NCBI GenBank assembly: GCA_002633005.1
Contig: NMRA01000072.1
Location: forward strand, 516,952 to 580,951
Direction: 5' to 3'
DNA from: Phoronis australis
Lineage: Eukaryota; Animalia; Phoronida
Length of the DNA: 64,000 nucleotides
In this document: one piece after another, positions 50,201-64,000 of the stretch
How positions within the stretch are numbered: the first letter of the stretch is position 1
Layout: each line of letters opens with the position of its first letter
Notes under the pieces: model-generated
Databases searched by the model: none
The model's input: the letters and a program-made list of their open reading frames with translations, nothing else
Told to the model about the DNA's origin: nothing
Position numbers and translations under genes: made by a program

Positions 50201-53200
50201 CAGGTTTCCGTCAATTACTGACATTGCTCCACGGGTGGCAGCACCAACAAAGTCGCTGTTCACCTGAAGATGAAAAACAATCAATGAACAATGAATGAGA
50301 TGAACAGAAGCCCAATCTTGGCTCAATTCAAAGGAACCTTATACAGCTAACAGTTAAAGATACCTTGTCCGCTTCACAAAATTAGGTTAAATGAAACAAA
50401 TTTTAATGCAAACCAACAAACAGAATTCATTCACTCAACATTTGGATACTTCAAAATTGACCAGTTCTGAATTGAGAATTTTAAGTTTAATTTTTGAATT
50501 TCTGGTGGCACACCAATAAGGAAACAAGATTTCACCACAGTAAAGTAAAATGAAACTACGTAACACATACACAAGCCTGAATAGACTACAAGCACGACAG
50601 TGCTCTTTATCAAACTTCCATCAGATTTGTTAGTAAAAATGGTTGCAGCTAACGAATTACTCTGATTTCAAACTTAAGAAAAAATAATACACAACTCCAA
50701 CAGCTTCAGTAGAACTATCAATGCAAGATACATTTATTACAGAAACGACCACTGTTTGTACTAACGCAAGCAGACGTCATAGAAACCCTTTCAGTGAATA
50801 AGGAATCATGCTTAAGACATATTACTTTGAATATAGGCCTCTCCCTGTTCAGTCTCTCGGGCAGGTTTTTCTTGGGTAACTCCTTGAGAGCCTGGAATTC
50901 CTCATTCCAGTCACGTGTATGTCCAGGTATGGTCTCCTCGTACCCCAGGCGTGATGAGAACCCTGCAGGTAAAATGCAGGTGAGTCATAGACAGGGAGAG
51001 AAAGGTGAGATAGAAGTTCTCAGGATCGAAACACTAATTCAAAAGTGACAAGTATAAAAATTCAAACATTAACAGAAGGAGCATGCAGTGAATGACAAAA
51101 TGGAGCAGTACAGAAAATATATATTCCACTGACTGGGACATACAAACTTGAATTTGGTAAATACGTAAGTCCATGTGAACTAAAACCTGAACTTGAGAGC
51201 AAGCACCTTACATCCATGGCCAAAACAAGTTCAACTGAGGCAAAAATAAAACATACCATCTTCCATCCGTATGTAGTCTATTGGGTGATCAAGAGGGGGC
51301 GCTAGCCAGCTGTAGACTTGGTAGGGTGTGGGTATTCTCTCAAACGGGTGTTTCTGAGACCTGAAAGGCAAACCAAAATCTAAGAAAAAACTCAAAGTAA
51401 CACACCCAAGTACAAAGTGCATATATTACTGCTTTGTATTAAGAAGTTTGCAAGGCAACTCGTACTACATTGCAACAAGACGTTTATTAAACCTAAAAAG
51501 CAGAACATTTAGAACCTAAAAAAATTTCCCCATAAAAATAAATGTCATAAATACAAAGCTGTGTTTACCACTTCCAGTTTAAATCTCGTCTACATAAACA
51601 TCACTTAACTCAGTCTGTATTTGCAGTTTTTGATGAACAGATAAACAAGACAACTTCAAACATACCTTTTCTTCAGAAGTAGGGCAAAATTTTTCTTAAA
51701 TCCCGGACTTATCTGAAAATAGAATTATAATCATGTTTATATGTGGAGAGTGACCAACCTCAAGTAAGTTTAATAGACCAACCTGGAATGTCACTGACCA
51801 AAGACTTACTGATGATTTCCGTCTCTGATTTCATGCCCACATTCATGGTGTTTCTCTCCTCCGTTACAAGCAAAAATATTGTGGTACTGCCCAACTAATT
51901 GTGTCTAATAGTAGATTCGAGGACATTTTATACCTTTGCTATGTAGAAAATACCATAGAATTCCCCAGTTGAGGAGGTTAATATAAAAGCAAATTTTTCA
52001 CACATAGGATGAGACCTAGCCTGTAGTCTTGACTATGCTGGACCTATTTTTATCTTATATTTTTGGCATTAGTTTTATATGGTCAACTGTTTTACGATGT
52101 ATTTTTACAAGACAAAGTATTAATAGTGTATCTGCAATAAAGTTTATTATATCATACAGACTTTGAAAAAATTATGCAAGCTTCCATGACCGTAGTGTAC
52201 TCAGATCGACAATTTGTAAAATCATTGATGAGGGCAATACTCCATGGCACCACAGAAAACTTGCCTACCTGCTGCAGTAAATCCACCAGTGAGTGATTGA
52301 GGTGCTTCTGTCCAGCTGCCTTGGGATTGAACTCTTCATCTGTTGACCTGAGGAGACAAGTGTAGGTAAAGGTTCACTCACAACAGTCATTTTCCGACAC
52401 AGAGGCATCATATCACCTTGTCGCTAGATGGCAACAGGGTATTTGGTAGACAACACTTAGCATTCTCGGATGGTGATTTAACATAGTGGGTCTTCCTTTT
52501 TATAACTTTTCTGAGACCATCGTGCTGTCAGATTAAATGCATCATTTACCGGTTTTCAAGCACAAAGTGGAAGAAAACTGCCACGTTTTTGCATCACCTC
52601 ACATAAGGTCTATAGCCCTGCACATGGAAAAACAGCATGAAGTCTTACAAACCTCAGTCTAATTCCCACTGTGCAGTAACAGGTTAGCATCATGACGCCA
52701 AGGGAAGAGGGAGAAAAATCTACATTGCTGTACATCTCACAAATGATCTATTGCTATTGGTGTGAAGTAGGACATCACAACGATTCACATGAAGAGTCAC
52801 ATGAAAATGACCAAGGTCTCAAAACAGCTGCGGATGAAAGCTTCAGCCATTTCCTGTGGGAATGTCTTGCACACCAGAAATAGATATTGGGTCAAGTGAA
52901 CGACACTTTGTGCTCTCACAATGTTAAAGAGTTACATGTGGAATGTTTCTTACTCGTCCTATTTTCAAAAGCAAAAACACTACTCTCTCCATTCAGCTCC
53001 TTCAAAGTGTACAAAAAACTTTTCTTGGTCAAAATGGCAACCATTGTGAACGGTCATTAGGTTGATCAAAGATGGGCTGACAAAGTTTTTAATCTTTTGT
53101 TTCTTGCATATAAGGACTCAGAATTATAATGTCAAATGTCTAAAGCTGGATATAATGTTGAAGGTCATTTCTGGACCAAGTACCAATATGTTATGTACTT

Positions 53201-56200
53201 ACAATCATTTCAATTCATTATTAAAGGTTGTAATTCAACCAAACACTACTCATAAATCAGCCTCCATGGCTTTGAAGAATTGCCCAATCCAACCTTGTCT
53301 GCAACTGGTTCATGGCAACCTCTGCAGCTGTGAACTGCATCTTTTATTGGTGAATCTCAGGTGGACTACTCCATAATGACCAGAGCCCCTCGTCCTCCTA
53401 GCTCCTTATTTTGGCCCTCACATTTCTTTTACAAGCATAGTACACTCGTGGGCTAAATACTTGGTATTTTCATTTAACATTTAAATACGGCCACAACAGA
53501 AGGGTCAACTTACTGGTTGACGTAGAACCCACGGGATGAGGCAGTAATGTGATACTTCTTATCTTCCAGCGTTATAACAACCAGGTAAAGCAAGTCCCCT
53601 GTAAATAAAAAAGCTTTTAAGTGATACGAGTGAGAAAAATTAAAGCTGCATTTTGCCCTGTGTAGCAGGTTAAAAAATGAAAATCTAATTAAGCATTGTA
53701 CTCTCATAACGTTCCTTACTTTGATAGGATTCCATTTTCATTACTAACATTGCAACAACCAACTATTCAAGTAAATTCAAGTAAACACTTCAGAGTTTAT
53801 TGGGGTTGGCCCATCCTCAAATTGCGAATTAGAAAATGGCATGTATGAGCATTGTCTGGAGATGGAATACTATTTGATTTTCATTTTTGAGTCAGCTATA
53901 CGGGGCGAAAGGCAGATTCAACTACTATAAAATAAAAAAAATAAGTATAATAAGCTTACAGCTGGTAGTATTTTATATATTTCACTACTAACTTATTAAC
54001 ACATTGCATTTGAACACAAGTAACAAAGATTGTGCATACAGATAAGGGCTAACAACCAGTATTTCCACTCTGTTGGGACAAGTGAAATATATAAGTCTTG
54101 AGAATAACAAAATATATGGCCTCCACTGGGAAAATAGAATTTTGAACTGGTTTGTTTTACAAAGAAATTTTCTCATTTTCAAAGCAAACTCACTAAAGTA
54201 AAACCAAGATCAACATCTACTTAAATTTCCTGAAAGTGTGCACTGGTTTGATGTAGGACTATATTTACTAAATTTAAATGGAGACAAATAATAACAAGAA
54301 CTCAAAGAATGTTTGAAACTGCAGGTTTTTGGGCCTCTGAAAGCGAGTGCAATCACATTTTAATGGATTTCAACAAAACCAAACTAACCGTGTAACTTTC
54401 TGTGACCAGGTGGTGGGTTCCAACCACTGTAAGTCAGCACCTTGACACATAAGGGCGCTTTGAGGTCTTTCAGGTTGGGGTGCAGTGGCAACAGAGGTCT
54501 CTCACGGCAGCTGGGCATGATGTACTCCGGGGGTGTGCAATCGATAGACCCCTCACGCTGCTTGCGCCTGTCTAGATAAGCATCAAGTTCAACAAATTAA
54601 AACACAAACACTCAACCATGAACAAGGTAAATGTGACTTTATCTTTTTCAGCGGGAACATCTGTACAAGCACAAACCTGAGAGCAATTTTCATAGCACCT
54701 TTACAGAAAGTACAAAGGGTATCTTTAGACAATAGATACTAACAATTGGCAATTACATGAGGACCTTTTTCAAACAATCCTAAAGCACACAAGAACTTTA
54801 ATTAGAGCAAGCAAAACCACGCAGAAAATATGCAAACAGTGACTGTGTGTCAAACTAAGTCGATGCGACCTGTTGCACAAGGTCATTCAACAACCGAATC
54901 GCTCAGTCACCAAATACAACGCAAGTGCACTGACCGGATTGTTACAAAAAATGGCAGAGCTCAACGTATTTATTATGAGGATGATAATTCATTCAAGTTA
55001 ATAGGGTTCGTACGCAGATTATACACCTGCACACAGTCCATGTGGGTCATGTCATTTCACATTCATGGCACTAAGTTACACAGAGTCATTATCATTAATT
55101 ACACAATATGTCCTATTTGTTTCCTACCCTCAAATCTGCATAACAAAGCAGCAGGTGGAAAGTACGGGTAGCCAAGGATATACCCCCATATTTGTATACA
55201 CACCTGCGTCACCTGCCAGGATTGTGTTGACAAAGGAGAGAGAGCTGAAGTTGATGCCACTGTAGGCATCCGAAGTGTCGACAGACGAGCGCATCAGGTC
55301 GCGTATGTGACGGACATGGAGTCTGGCCTCACGCACTGTGTACGGCTCTGCACGAAAACGGTGTTAATGGAGGGAAGAGCAGCAATGGTGGAAAAGGTTT
55401 AATTTGTGTTTCCACAGGGACCATGACAACCATGTTTTAAGGAAATTTACCTATGTTAATGATACTGTTGTTTCCCAAAGAATTTCACTAGAAACACACG
55501 ACCCAATTAATGGCACAATGGTATAAAGTAAAAAAATCAAATTCTACAGGCTTTCAACTTTCAGAATTTATATATCTTTGCTGAGAGTTAAAATCTATAG
55601 CTTTGAGGATATTTGGCAAAATGCACAAACTTGTCAGACAATAAGGTCCTGCATATCCTTTACCATATTTTCACTTTTGCATTGCCTGTAATCTTTGTTT
55701 GATCTTTTCACATTGTTGATAGATCATTCACAGAATAGTATGTTCATTCATAGACTATCGCAACACACGGGTTTGGTTCTTCGGTGTTATTTTCACCACA
55801 ACACTTGAAACCATGTGAACTGAGGTGGAACAGCAACCTGGCTTGATTTGACCTAAACATTGTCATTTGGTATAAATCCCTCCTATGCCGCTCCTCAACA
55901 TAATACACTTAATTGCACGTTACAGTAAAAAAAAATTTAAGTTTGAGACATAACACTAATTCCAGTTCCTTTCAACATTTCTGAATAAAAAATATACTGT
56001 GAAGTACTACTACCACTGAGAGTGAAGCTGTTTTCATACAATTATTTCAGCTATGAAGTAAACACGTGAAAAACACAAATTCAGCAATTATTTTATGGTA
56101 AAATCTCATTAATTTAAATTGATGACACAATAAAATTTTGTTTCCTTCATATTTTTTTCCACAAAAAAAACAAGCGACGTCAAACAAAAGCTTTGTCATT

Positions 56201-56605
56201 TTTAATTTCTCATCTACAGCTGCTAGTGCCTAATATTTTGATAAATTGCAGACAGGCTACACAAAGTTAAAAGCTTCTGAAAAGTGAAAAATGAACAATT
56301 TTGACAATTATTTTTGTCCGAAATTGGTGAGATTTGACCGTAGGCACAAATATTAGAATATTACAACAGCTGGACTCCGTGCTTGACTACACAGACGAAG
56401 GAAGTGTCACTTCTACCCATGATGCTTTCCTACCTTCAACCACCTTTATAACCGAGTTGTCCTTCAGACCCTCAACATTCTTTAGTTCCTGGTAGTGGTC
56501 CAGTGTGTTGCCATTCAGCTGGAGCGAGAAGCATGTCCGACAGCACGTTTCTTCCTTGTCCACCAGGATTGTACGCACATCCTGCACGAGTTCTTCTGAG
56601 CTCAG
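38250..56605 (-). CDS. CLUH: Clustered mitochondria protein homolog (clueless), 5'-partial, 29 exons, 1261 aa in window
   Basis: Exons (minus): 56605-56434, 55347-55204, 54571-54389, 53598-53514, 52347-52269, 51712-51666, 51360-51257, 50962-50826, 50263-50172, 49749-49647, 48928-48808, 48385-48294, 47875-47595, 47176-47083, 46664-46523, 45836-45765, 45291-45152, 44677-44534, 43869-43714, 43366-43209, 42335-42149, 41708-41520, 41280-41200, 40895-40770, 40317-40232, 39697-39568, 39389-39240, 38885-38812, 38466-38250 (3786 nt, phase-consistent, TAG). Clu signatures: [130 protein letters not shown]-terminal TPRs ([18 protein letters not shown]). N-terminal exon(s) were not found in 56606-64000. 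Confidence 0.97.
38762..38802 (+). repeat. imperfect (GA)n microsatellite in the last CLUH intron
   Basis: AGAGTGAGAGTGATAGAGAGAGAGCGAGAGAGAAAGATAGA. Confidence 0.7.
42565..42870. mobile_element. degenerate Tc1/pogo-type MITE fragment in a CLUH intron
   Basis: Recurrent AATAAACGCC / GGCGTTTATT motifs (42642-42662, 42807-42818, 42856-42866) and inverted GGGCGTTTATTCAGAAAA / TTTTCTGAATAAACGCCC. Confidence 0.5.
46086..46181 (+). repeat. minisatellite, 6 perfect copies of 16-bp GAACCATGGCACCACT
   Basis: Counted directly; lies in CLUH intron 45837-46522; no spacers, so not CRISPR. Confidence 0.97.
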
Positions 56606-59600
56606 CTAAAACAATGAGAGAATCGAGTTTCATCTATTGATGACGGTAACTTAAATGCCATTCCAGACATCAAATTCTCGTAACTCCACGAGTTGAGTGA
56701 TTAACTCAAAACTAATTCAGGATTACCAGACTTCCTTTCTCATGAACATTAAAGGCATATTCTCAGGAACATTCTTTTTTATGAAAATTTGTTTCTCACA
56801 AGTAACACATACTTTCTCATCCATCACTGTTCTTCTCATAACCCATTTACTCTCTGTCTCTCTCACTAGCCACAATACCCTTTTCATAAATCATTGCCAA
56901 AAGAACATCTTAATTGAGAATGTCCATGTAATGTTGATTAAAAAATGACTTCCCAGAATCCACTTGTATAATGGTGAGTTGTTATTACAGACTTGCACAA
57001 GCGAACTAAACAGGTACATCAACAGTTAACCATTAGAATAAAAGGCCTTTCCCACTGCTTCCGAAGCTTCAATATTACCGAACACTAAACTTTTGGTCTT
57101 TTATCGAAGTTAAACACGCTAATTAACTCCGAAGTTAAGAGGTGGGTTTAACAGCGAAGTGTCGATGCTTCCATATAATGAAAACACATAACTTCGATGC
57201 CATCGTAGTTATCGGCAGGTTTCACTGTGTTCGCCAACAGTGGGTGGTAACTAGTTAATATTTGTTAATATTTTGTACCAATATTTGTCATTTTGGCAGT
57301 GTAAGCATTCTGTTTCAGTTTGTCCACATATTTTCTAGATTCTTTGATTAAAAAATCACTGAACGATTGAGAGTGATTTAATTTTCACGTAGAATTTTGA
57401 AGTAGCTGAATTTTAAGTCCACGATTAGCCAGAATTTATCAAACAAGCGCACAATTGATAAATATATTCAACAGTTAACAGTAAAGGACTAAGAGCACAC
57501 AATCGGACAGTTCACACGACCCATCGTGAAAAGTACGGTATGGAAATAAATCTCCAATATGAGTTTGAAAATATTTAGTTATTTTGTTCTAAAGATCAGA
57601 GCTTGCAATAAATTTTATAGCTGGCAATAAAACGATCATTCACACCCATACTACTTAGTATGGGGACACAACGAAATGTATTAGCAGCCATTTTCAATGA
57701 CTTTTAGGAGCTGTCAAGTCTAGTTTTAGATCTTGTTGATATAAAACAGTGTTTAATATTTGAGAAATATTACGAACACTAAAACCGCCCATGTCCCAAT
57801 CTTTAGAATCAAGAAAATTCGAATTCAGCCTGAATTACAGAGTTCCAAATTTTAGAGACTTCTCAAAACTAGACCACTTTTAACGTAATTAAAAAGTCTA
57901 ATTGCCTTGGTAGTTGGTTTCCACATTGGAGAGGTAATTTACTTTGAGAGGAATTCCAACTACACCTCTAAAAATGTGTCTAGAATGAAAACAGCAAGAT
58001 GACCTAATGAAGATGTACACATTGCATTTTTTATATCCAATAACGAAAAACATGCGCTTAAGTGATTGACAGTGCAGTGCAGACTTGGCAAACTACCCAA
58101 CTTACTTGCGTAAGTTAGTATCTGGATAACTCCCAAAGTACTACACTTCACAGATTTCACCAAGGCTTTTGACCTAGGCAGCTGGGGCATGCAAGTGTTC
58201 TTAGCTGAGCAATTAACAGACCCTAGATATCAACCTTGTAGACTGTTCATTATGAGATACCTCATTTTTCAGCCTGACTTCTAAATCAATAACATCTCTT
58301 CTACCTAGTGGTCTTTGAGTTGTTGGAATTCCACAAGTCGTGATAACCAATATGCACAAATTCAGAACATGATATGGTGAACAAGAACAATTTTAGATTT
58401 AACATTTACACATGAAAATTAGCACCAAAACAATGCTTTGCCATTTTCAAATCCATTACTGCAGCTACTATCAAACAAAATTGAAAAAAAAAACAATACA
58501 CAGAGCCTTTGAAAACTTCCAATTCCTTTGTTCAAAATGGTGAGATTTGACTGTAAGCAGATGCACCACAATCTGTGCTGAGCTCGGCTTGAATTATGTA
58601 AAAATTCATGGTTAAAGGTCTGGCTTAACAACCTACACACCCACTGCTAAATGGCACCTGGAAGTGTAAATTATTTACAATACCAAAGGTGTGGGTAGCA
58701 CTGAACTCATACCACTGAACTTAGTTTTTAAGTTAATGCTGGCAGATGGTTAAACACACTTTCAGTCTATTGATTGACAAGAAATGTAATCTGGACATGC
58801 ACACTAATTCTGATAGAATTAGCTACCATAGTCCCTGGCAGCCAAGTGTAAGACATCAGGCAAGTTTTATAATGTAGTGATTCCTCCAGGGCGCTCAAAA
58901 TCAAATTAAGTTTACCAATTATCATGTATTGATGAGTTGAATGAAAAGAAACTTTTATCAAAACATCCACATATATGCTCTTCAAAGTCAACAAAGATGA
59001 ATATAATTTAAGAACACAGATTACAAAACTGACGAGTGATAAACACGGCAACTTTTCAAATCTGTAGGTTCTCAAAATAAGGGCCCTTGACAGTTTTCAA
59101 AAGTTCTCAAGATACAAATGAGTACTTTAAACACAATGTGATAAGCCAGTTCACAACTGTTTACTGCAAGAAGTTCGCATTGAGAACTAAAGCTGCAGTT
59201 TGTTCTGTTTTGCAGGCTAAAAACGAAACTCGATTTACGGTAAAAATTCTTCAGTTTGAGACAGTGAAAAAATAATTATTTTGCTCAAGGTCAGAGCATG
59301 TCCCAAATCCAAGAAATAGACAACAATGGCCTTCCCAAATTCAAGAATCACCAGAAAGACGGGAAAATTACCCACCCAAAAGACTGAAAACACATTGTCA
59401 GAAATTCTAAATAGTAAACGCCAAAAGCTCCTTTATACCAAATTCCAGAATCAAAAAATTCAATTTTTGCAGGAGTTTCCGGGTCCCAAATTCTAGTGAC
59501 TGTCCCAAATTGGAGAATTATTTTGTTGGTCTTTTATTCTCATAAAATCGGTCTCATAATACTACACACCACGAGAGGAATCCATTTCTGATGACAGAAA

Positions 59601-62600
59601 GGGAATCCTATCAAGGCATGGAATATTATTAGCCTAATATCATGAGAATAAAAAAAAACAATTCGAGTTTTGTTTTTACCCAGCTAAACAGGACAAATGC
59701 AGCTTTGAAAATTATCAAGAGCCTCTTTAACCCGGTTTGGATTTTAACAAGACTGTGTTGAATTGAGCACTCTCTAAAAGAGATGGAAGTCCCATACTGA
59801 CATATATCAGTGTGAAATAGGAATGACACAATTCACACTTGCATAACTGACATGAACTCTATCAATAATTTTCTGGTCAGTGACTATATAGATTTCACTT
59901 ATGCAACCACAACAATGCTCAGCAGTGCAAAATAAATGGAGACCTAATATTTAACACAAATGCTGACCCTGAACACAGGTAATTTACAGCTAGGTGACTA
60001 GCAGATAAAGGATCTCAACAACAAATTTGAAGATCATGCACCTGGATGTCTTGAAACCCAAGTGTAGCCATGAACAAATAGATTCTGTACAATTTGTGAA
60101 TTTGTTACCTTAAAAACTAACTCTGTCTGCTTTTTGTAATAAAAAAATCAAAACCTTAAGACATATTCTACAATAAACATATTAGTAGGTGGTTATGACA
60201 CTTGAGACATGTTTACTGAAGATATACCACAAGGGAACCACAGTGAGGGGACAGGCAGAACATGTGTCATAAAGCCTTTTCATGCTAATCATGAGTTGGT
60301 CTGACTAGACTGCCAGCAGCTGTGAGGTCTGCGTCCTTTGTCTTCACAGACCACAGGATATGTAAAGATTCTCCAGTTTGGGTAGTGCCTAAAATTTGGG
60401 ACATCGAAATTCAAGCTGAAAAGAAATTCGCTACATACGAAAAACAAAGTCAAATATCATCTTCAGGCTCGCAAAATATTGTGACTATGGTAAATAACTT
60501 GAAAATTCAAAATATTTCAATTTAAATGGTTCTACTTTTCTTCTATGAAAAAAGGAAGAACTAAAATTTGTCTTGTCTGCCATACCCTGTCCTAAATTGG
60601 TGAGATTTTACCAAGGCTCAAATATCTAGTTCTGGTCTCAGCTGTTTCTCAATAGGGTATTGTTTTGCTTAACAAATCATAGCCTTTCACACCTTGCTTA
60701 CCTTTGCTTACGTGCCTTTGTGCATCTTTAAAAAATGAGAGCTGAAATTGATGACGGCAGGGATTTCTCTCGGAGTGCCGGTAAACAAGAGACTCTAAAT
60801 GAGTCGGGTTTGAAATCAGAACCAACTTCCCCTTTTTGCCTAATACAGCAGACCACAATTGCTTAAATGACATTTTTGCAAATTACATGTCTCCATTATT
60901 TTTTCTTATTTTTAAATGAAGGTCTTGACGTACGAACACCCATGTGAAAGTTTGATACAAGTACTATATCATAATACAATTTTTATACATTAAACTGGAA
61001 TGTGGTGGCTCAATGGCTATAATCGCCTCACAACCAATGATCTCTTGGAAAATTGTATTTCTCCCACTGCAAGCAGTAACCTTACCCCACAACACTGAAG
61101 AACATGGCCAGGTGCTTATGGCCTTAAGGGTCACAATTACCAGATTCCCTGGTTAACATGAAACCACAATCCATCTGAAGATATTTGTGTAACAAGACCG
61201 TGGGCGTATGACATCACGATCATCTTTTTTCAACTACCCTGTGCTTAATAATGGATGTCTGGTGACATCATTAGGCTATAACCAACTGGTGTTAAACTGG
61301 GGCTTATTTATAGCACACACACATGGCACACACACCATCATTTCATGCCTGCACATTGCCAAACCTCTTACAACTGGAATGTTGAATTATCTCCAAGATG
61401 AATTGGTTTGTGCAAGGCAAATCTATATGTGCTTTGGCATGTTTTTTTTTGCTTGTGCATAAAGTCAAGGTTAATATTATGTAGCAGCTCAGTGACAAGT
61501 CTGCATGGTTTAGTCTACAAAACTATACATTTTAACTCACTAAGAGTATATAATGCATGTTACTCCAGAAAGAAGAAAGCCTGTAGAATGTAATTTTATA
61601 ATTTTAAGCATTTCTACCACAATTGTGTCATGTAACCATGACTTCTAAGAAAATTTACCAAAAAACGAAAGGTACATTGATAACAAAGCAACAGCATCAA
61701 TAACATGATCAAATTTCAATTCATTTCATATAAATGTTTAAGATGAGATCTCAAAAACGCTGATACAGTTTTTGAATGTATTATGTCCTTTTCGTTTTAT
61801 GCAACTTGAGAGTATTTTCATGGATCCCATAAAAGACCTATTCTTTGAAGCAACTAAAGCAAAAATGGGACACTTGAAAAAATCCTAAAAGCATTTTGGA
61901 GAACAGTGCTTAAATCATAGCACCTGAAAATTTCAAACAAATCCAATCAACTATTTTTCATAGTTAGCCAAATGTGAACATTTTCCTACGGTCTGGCAAA
62001 ACCTTAAAATATCTTGTTTTGGGTATACCGTTAAGTCTCAGAATGTCCGCAAATTTGTAGTTGAGTATTCTTATGTTGCTTATTACAAAAACTATTCATA
62101 ATTTTATTATAAAGCAGTAGTTATAACCTGAAAATTTTATGCTTTACTAATAACACTAAGTAACACCAGGTTGTAAAAGTCTCCAACCATTCACCAGTCT
62201 AGCTATCATTGGACAGTTACAGAAAGCTTGTAAGCCAATAGGATCGTGTCATTTGTGACACACCTTTCGACATGTGGTTCTAGAAATAAATCTGGGACCC
62301 GATTACCTAGACTTGCAGCTGGCACATGAAGTAATTGTCAATTTCCCTGTCATGCCAAGCTTAGCAATGAGTGCGATTTAATTATTGAATCTACTCATCG
62401 TAAAAATTGCATAGTTTTAAGATACAGAAAACATGATAACATACAAAATCAATAGATTACGGAGGGAATATAAGTTACTACATGAAATTACGGAAAAGAC
62501 TTCAGAAAGAAAAGTGAACTAAAATTAAGACACTGTCCAATGGTAAGGATATTATTTTCAGTGAAATCGTAGAACGGTGCATCTTACTCATAGCACAACT

Positions 62601-64000
62601 ATTCATGCTTTCAGTTCAACACAAATTTTTGAATTTACGCTATTGTACCTAGCAATTCCCAAAAGCAACACAGCATAGGCAGAATAACAAAATCTGGCTT
62701 TTGAAAATCATGTTGTGTAACTTGCAGTGAAAACGAAAAAAATAATTTAGTCATCCAACACTATTCATCAGTACAACCTGTCACAGTAGGGGCTATCGGA
62801 TTTTCATCCAAATATCACTTCATCCAAATATCAAGCAATCTCAAAGGCTCTTACGATAGGGATTTCCCTAATTCAAACAGACCTTTGAGCCAAGTAATCA
62901 ACTGGGCCCACCAGACGAGGTCAGTCATGCCATGGTCTGTTCAAGTGAGGTGAGACCAGTTCATAGCTAACCAAGCATGTGCTTGACCCAGCTCCACAGT
63001 TTAAACCTAATCTGAAATTTCACCAGTTTAGGACACAATATGACCGGCAAATGAAGTTTATTTCGTATTTTTTTCATGGGGCATATGCAGCATCAAACTA
63101 GATGACTTTCCATGTTCAACACACGGACCACAAAGATTGACAAATTGTGGCCAGTCACAACGATGTTAGAGGTACATGAAAAAATCAAAATGCACCCATG
63201 AGTGCACGGCAAGTCGCGTCTTCTAGGAGTGTTTATTTGTATCCTAAAATGGCCACTAGATGGTGCAAAATACGTTGAATCCATCCAAAAACGGCAAGAT
63301 GTAATAGTTTCTTTAATAAGAAACTATTTACCACATTTCATAAAAATCCGTCAAGGAACTTCAGAGAAACAGAGGAAAAAAGGAAAAAAATGAATTGGCA
63401 CTAGGCCGGCACAGTATTTGCCGATCCTTTTGAAGTTGTCGTGGGCGCATAAAAACTAAGGGCAATTAGTTTAGTTCGAAACAGGTCAGATTACACCATA
63501 CCTTGATTAGTGATATATGTAAATCTGGTTGTTACAACACGTTTTGAGCATGACTGTGAATACATGAATGTCATAAATTAGTAAATACAGTGAAAGCTAA
63601 GGATTCACAACTTACAGACACCTATAGTCACCAATACTAGGGTTTTCTATTCAGACCCCTATTCAATAAAGATAATGTGCTCTAGCGGAGATTCAATAAT
63701 TTACTATTTGAAAAGGCTTCTTCACTTATGATTGCGTGAGAAAACTGCGTTTTGTTAATAAGTTGATTAAGTATTGGAATACATCTAAAATTTAACAAAA
63801 ATCCATTCAAGGAAAGCTTTAAATGTGTATTGCCTTCTCTTAACAAAATAGAAACTCGGCCACTTCCCCAACAAAACTGGATTCCAAGTTTTTCATACCA
63901 TTATGGAACTACACAAGTAAAAATATCTGAAATCTTAAGGACGGCAAGCACAAATTTTGAACAATCAACTCAATCACAGATACGCTATCAATTCCAAAAT

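Noticed and set aside
56606-64000. Missing CLUH N-terminal exons and short ORFs in this interval
   Set aside because: No exon encoding the expected upstream Clu-N sequence was recognised; the ORFs are short, and the region holds only decayed repeat fragments (e.g. TCCCAAATT units at 59300-59520).

Overview
Eukaryotic (AT-rich, intron-rich, marine-invertebrate-like animal) genomic scaffold with four single-N assembly gaps (1434, 16840, 18788, 23882). Three spliced genes can be rebuilt with GT-AG junctions and consistent phase: RPL23A (- strand, 5 coding exons, 163 aa, 5'TOP), a Rab34/Rab36-family GTPase (+ strand, 7 coding exons, 265 aa, head-to-head with RPL23A across a very short promoter) and CLUH/clueless (- strand, 29 exons and 1261 aa inside the window, 5' end not seen). 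A probable first coding exon of a leftward membrane-protein gene (weak SLC18B1-like resemblance) lies at 636-783 and is duplicated at 2792-2939. Bases 1-18800 are mostly nested mobile DNA: CR1-like and RTE-X-like LINE relics, a 3.4-kb long-TIR element, a Kolobok-like end and several MITEs. An internally deleted piggyBac with intact TIRs and TTAA TSD sits between the Rab and CLUH 3' ends. I found no tRNA, rRNA, CRISPR or convincing snoRNA, and nothing I can honestly call a new biological system. The most notable signals are the apparently ancient RPL23A/RAB34 head-to-head pair, an empty-versus-filled transposon site caught in a duplicated 1-kb segment, and candidate alternative or poison exons.
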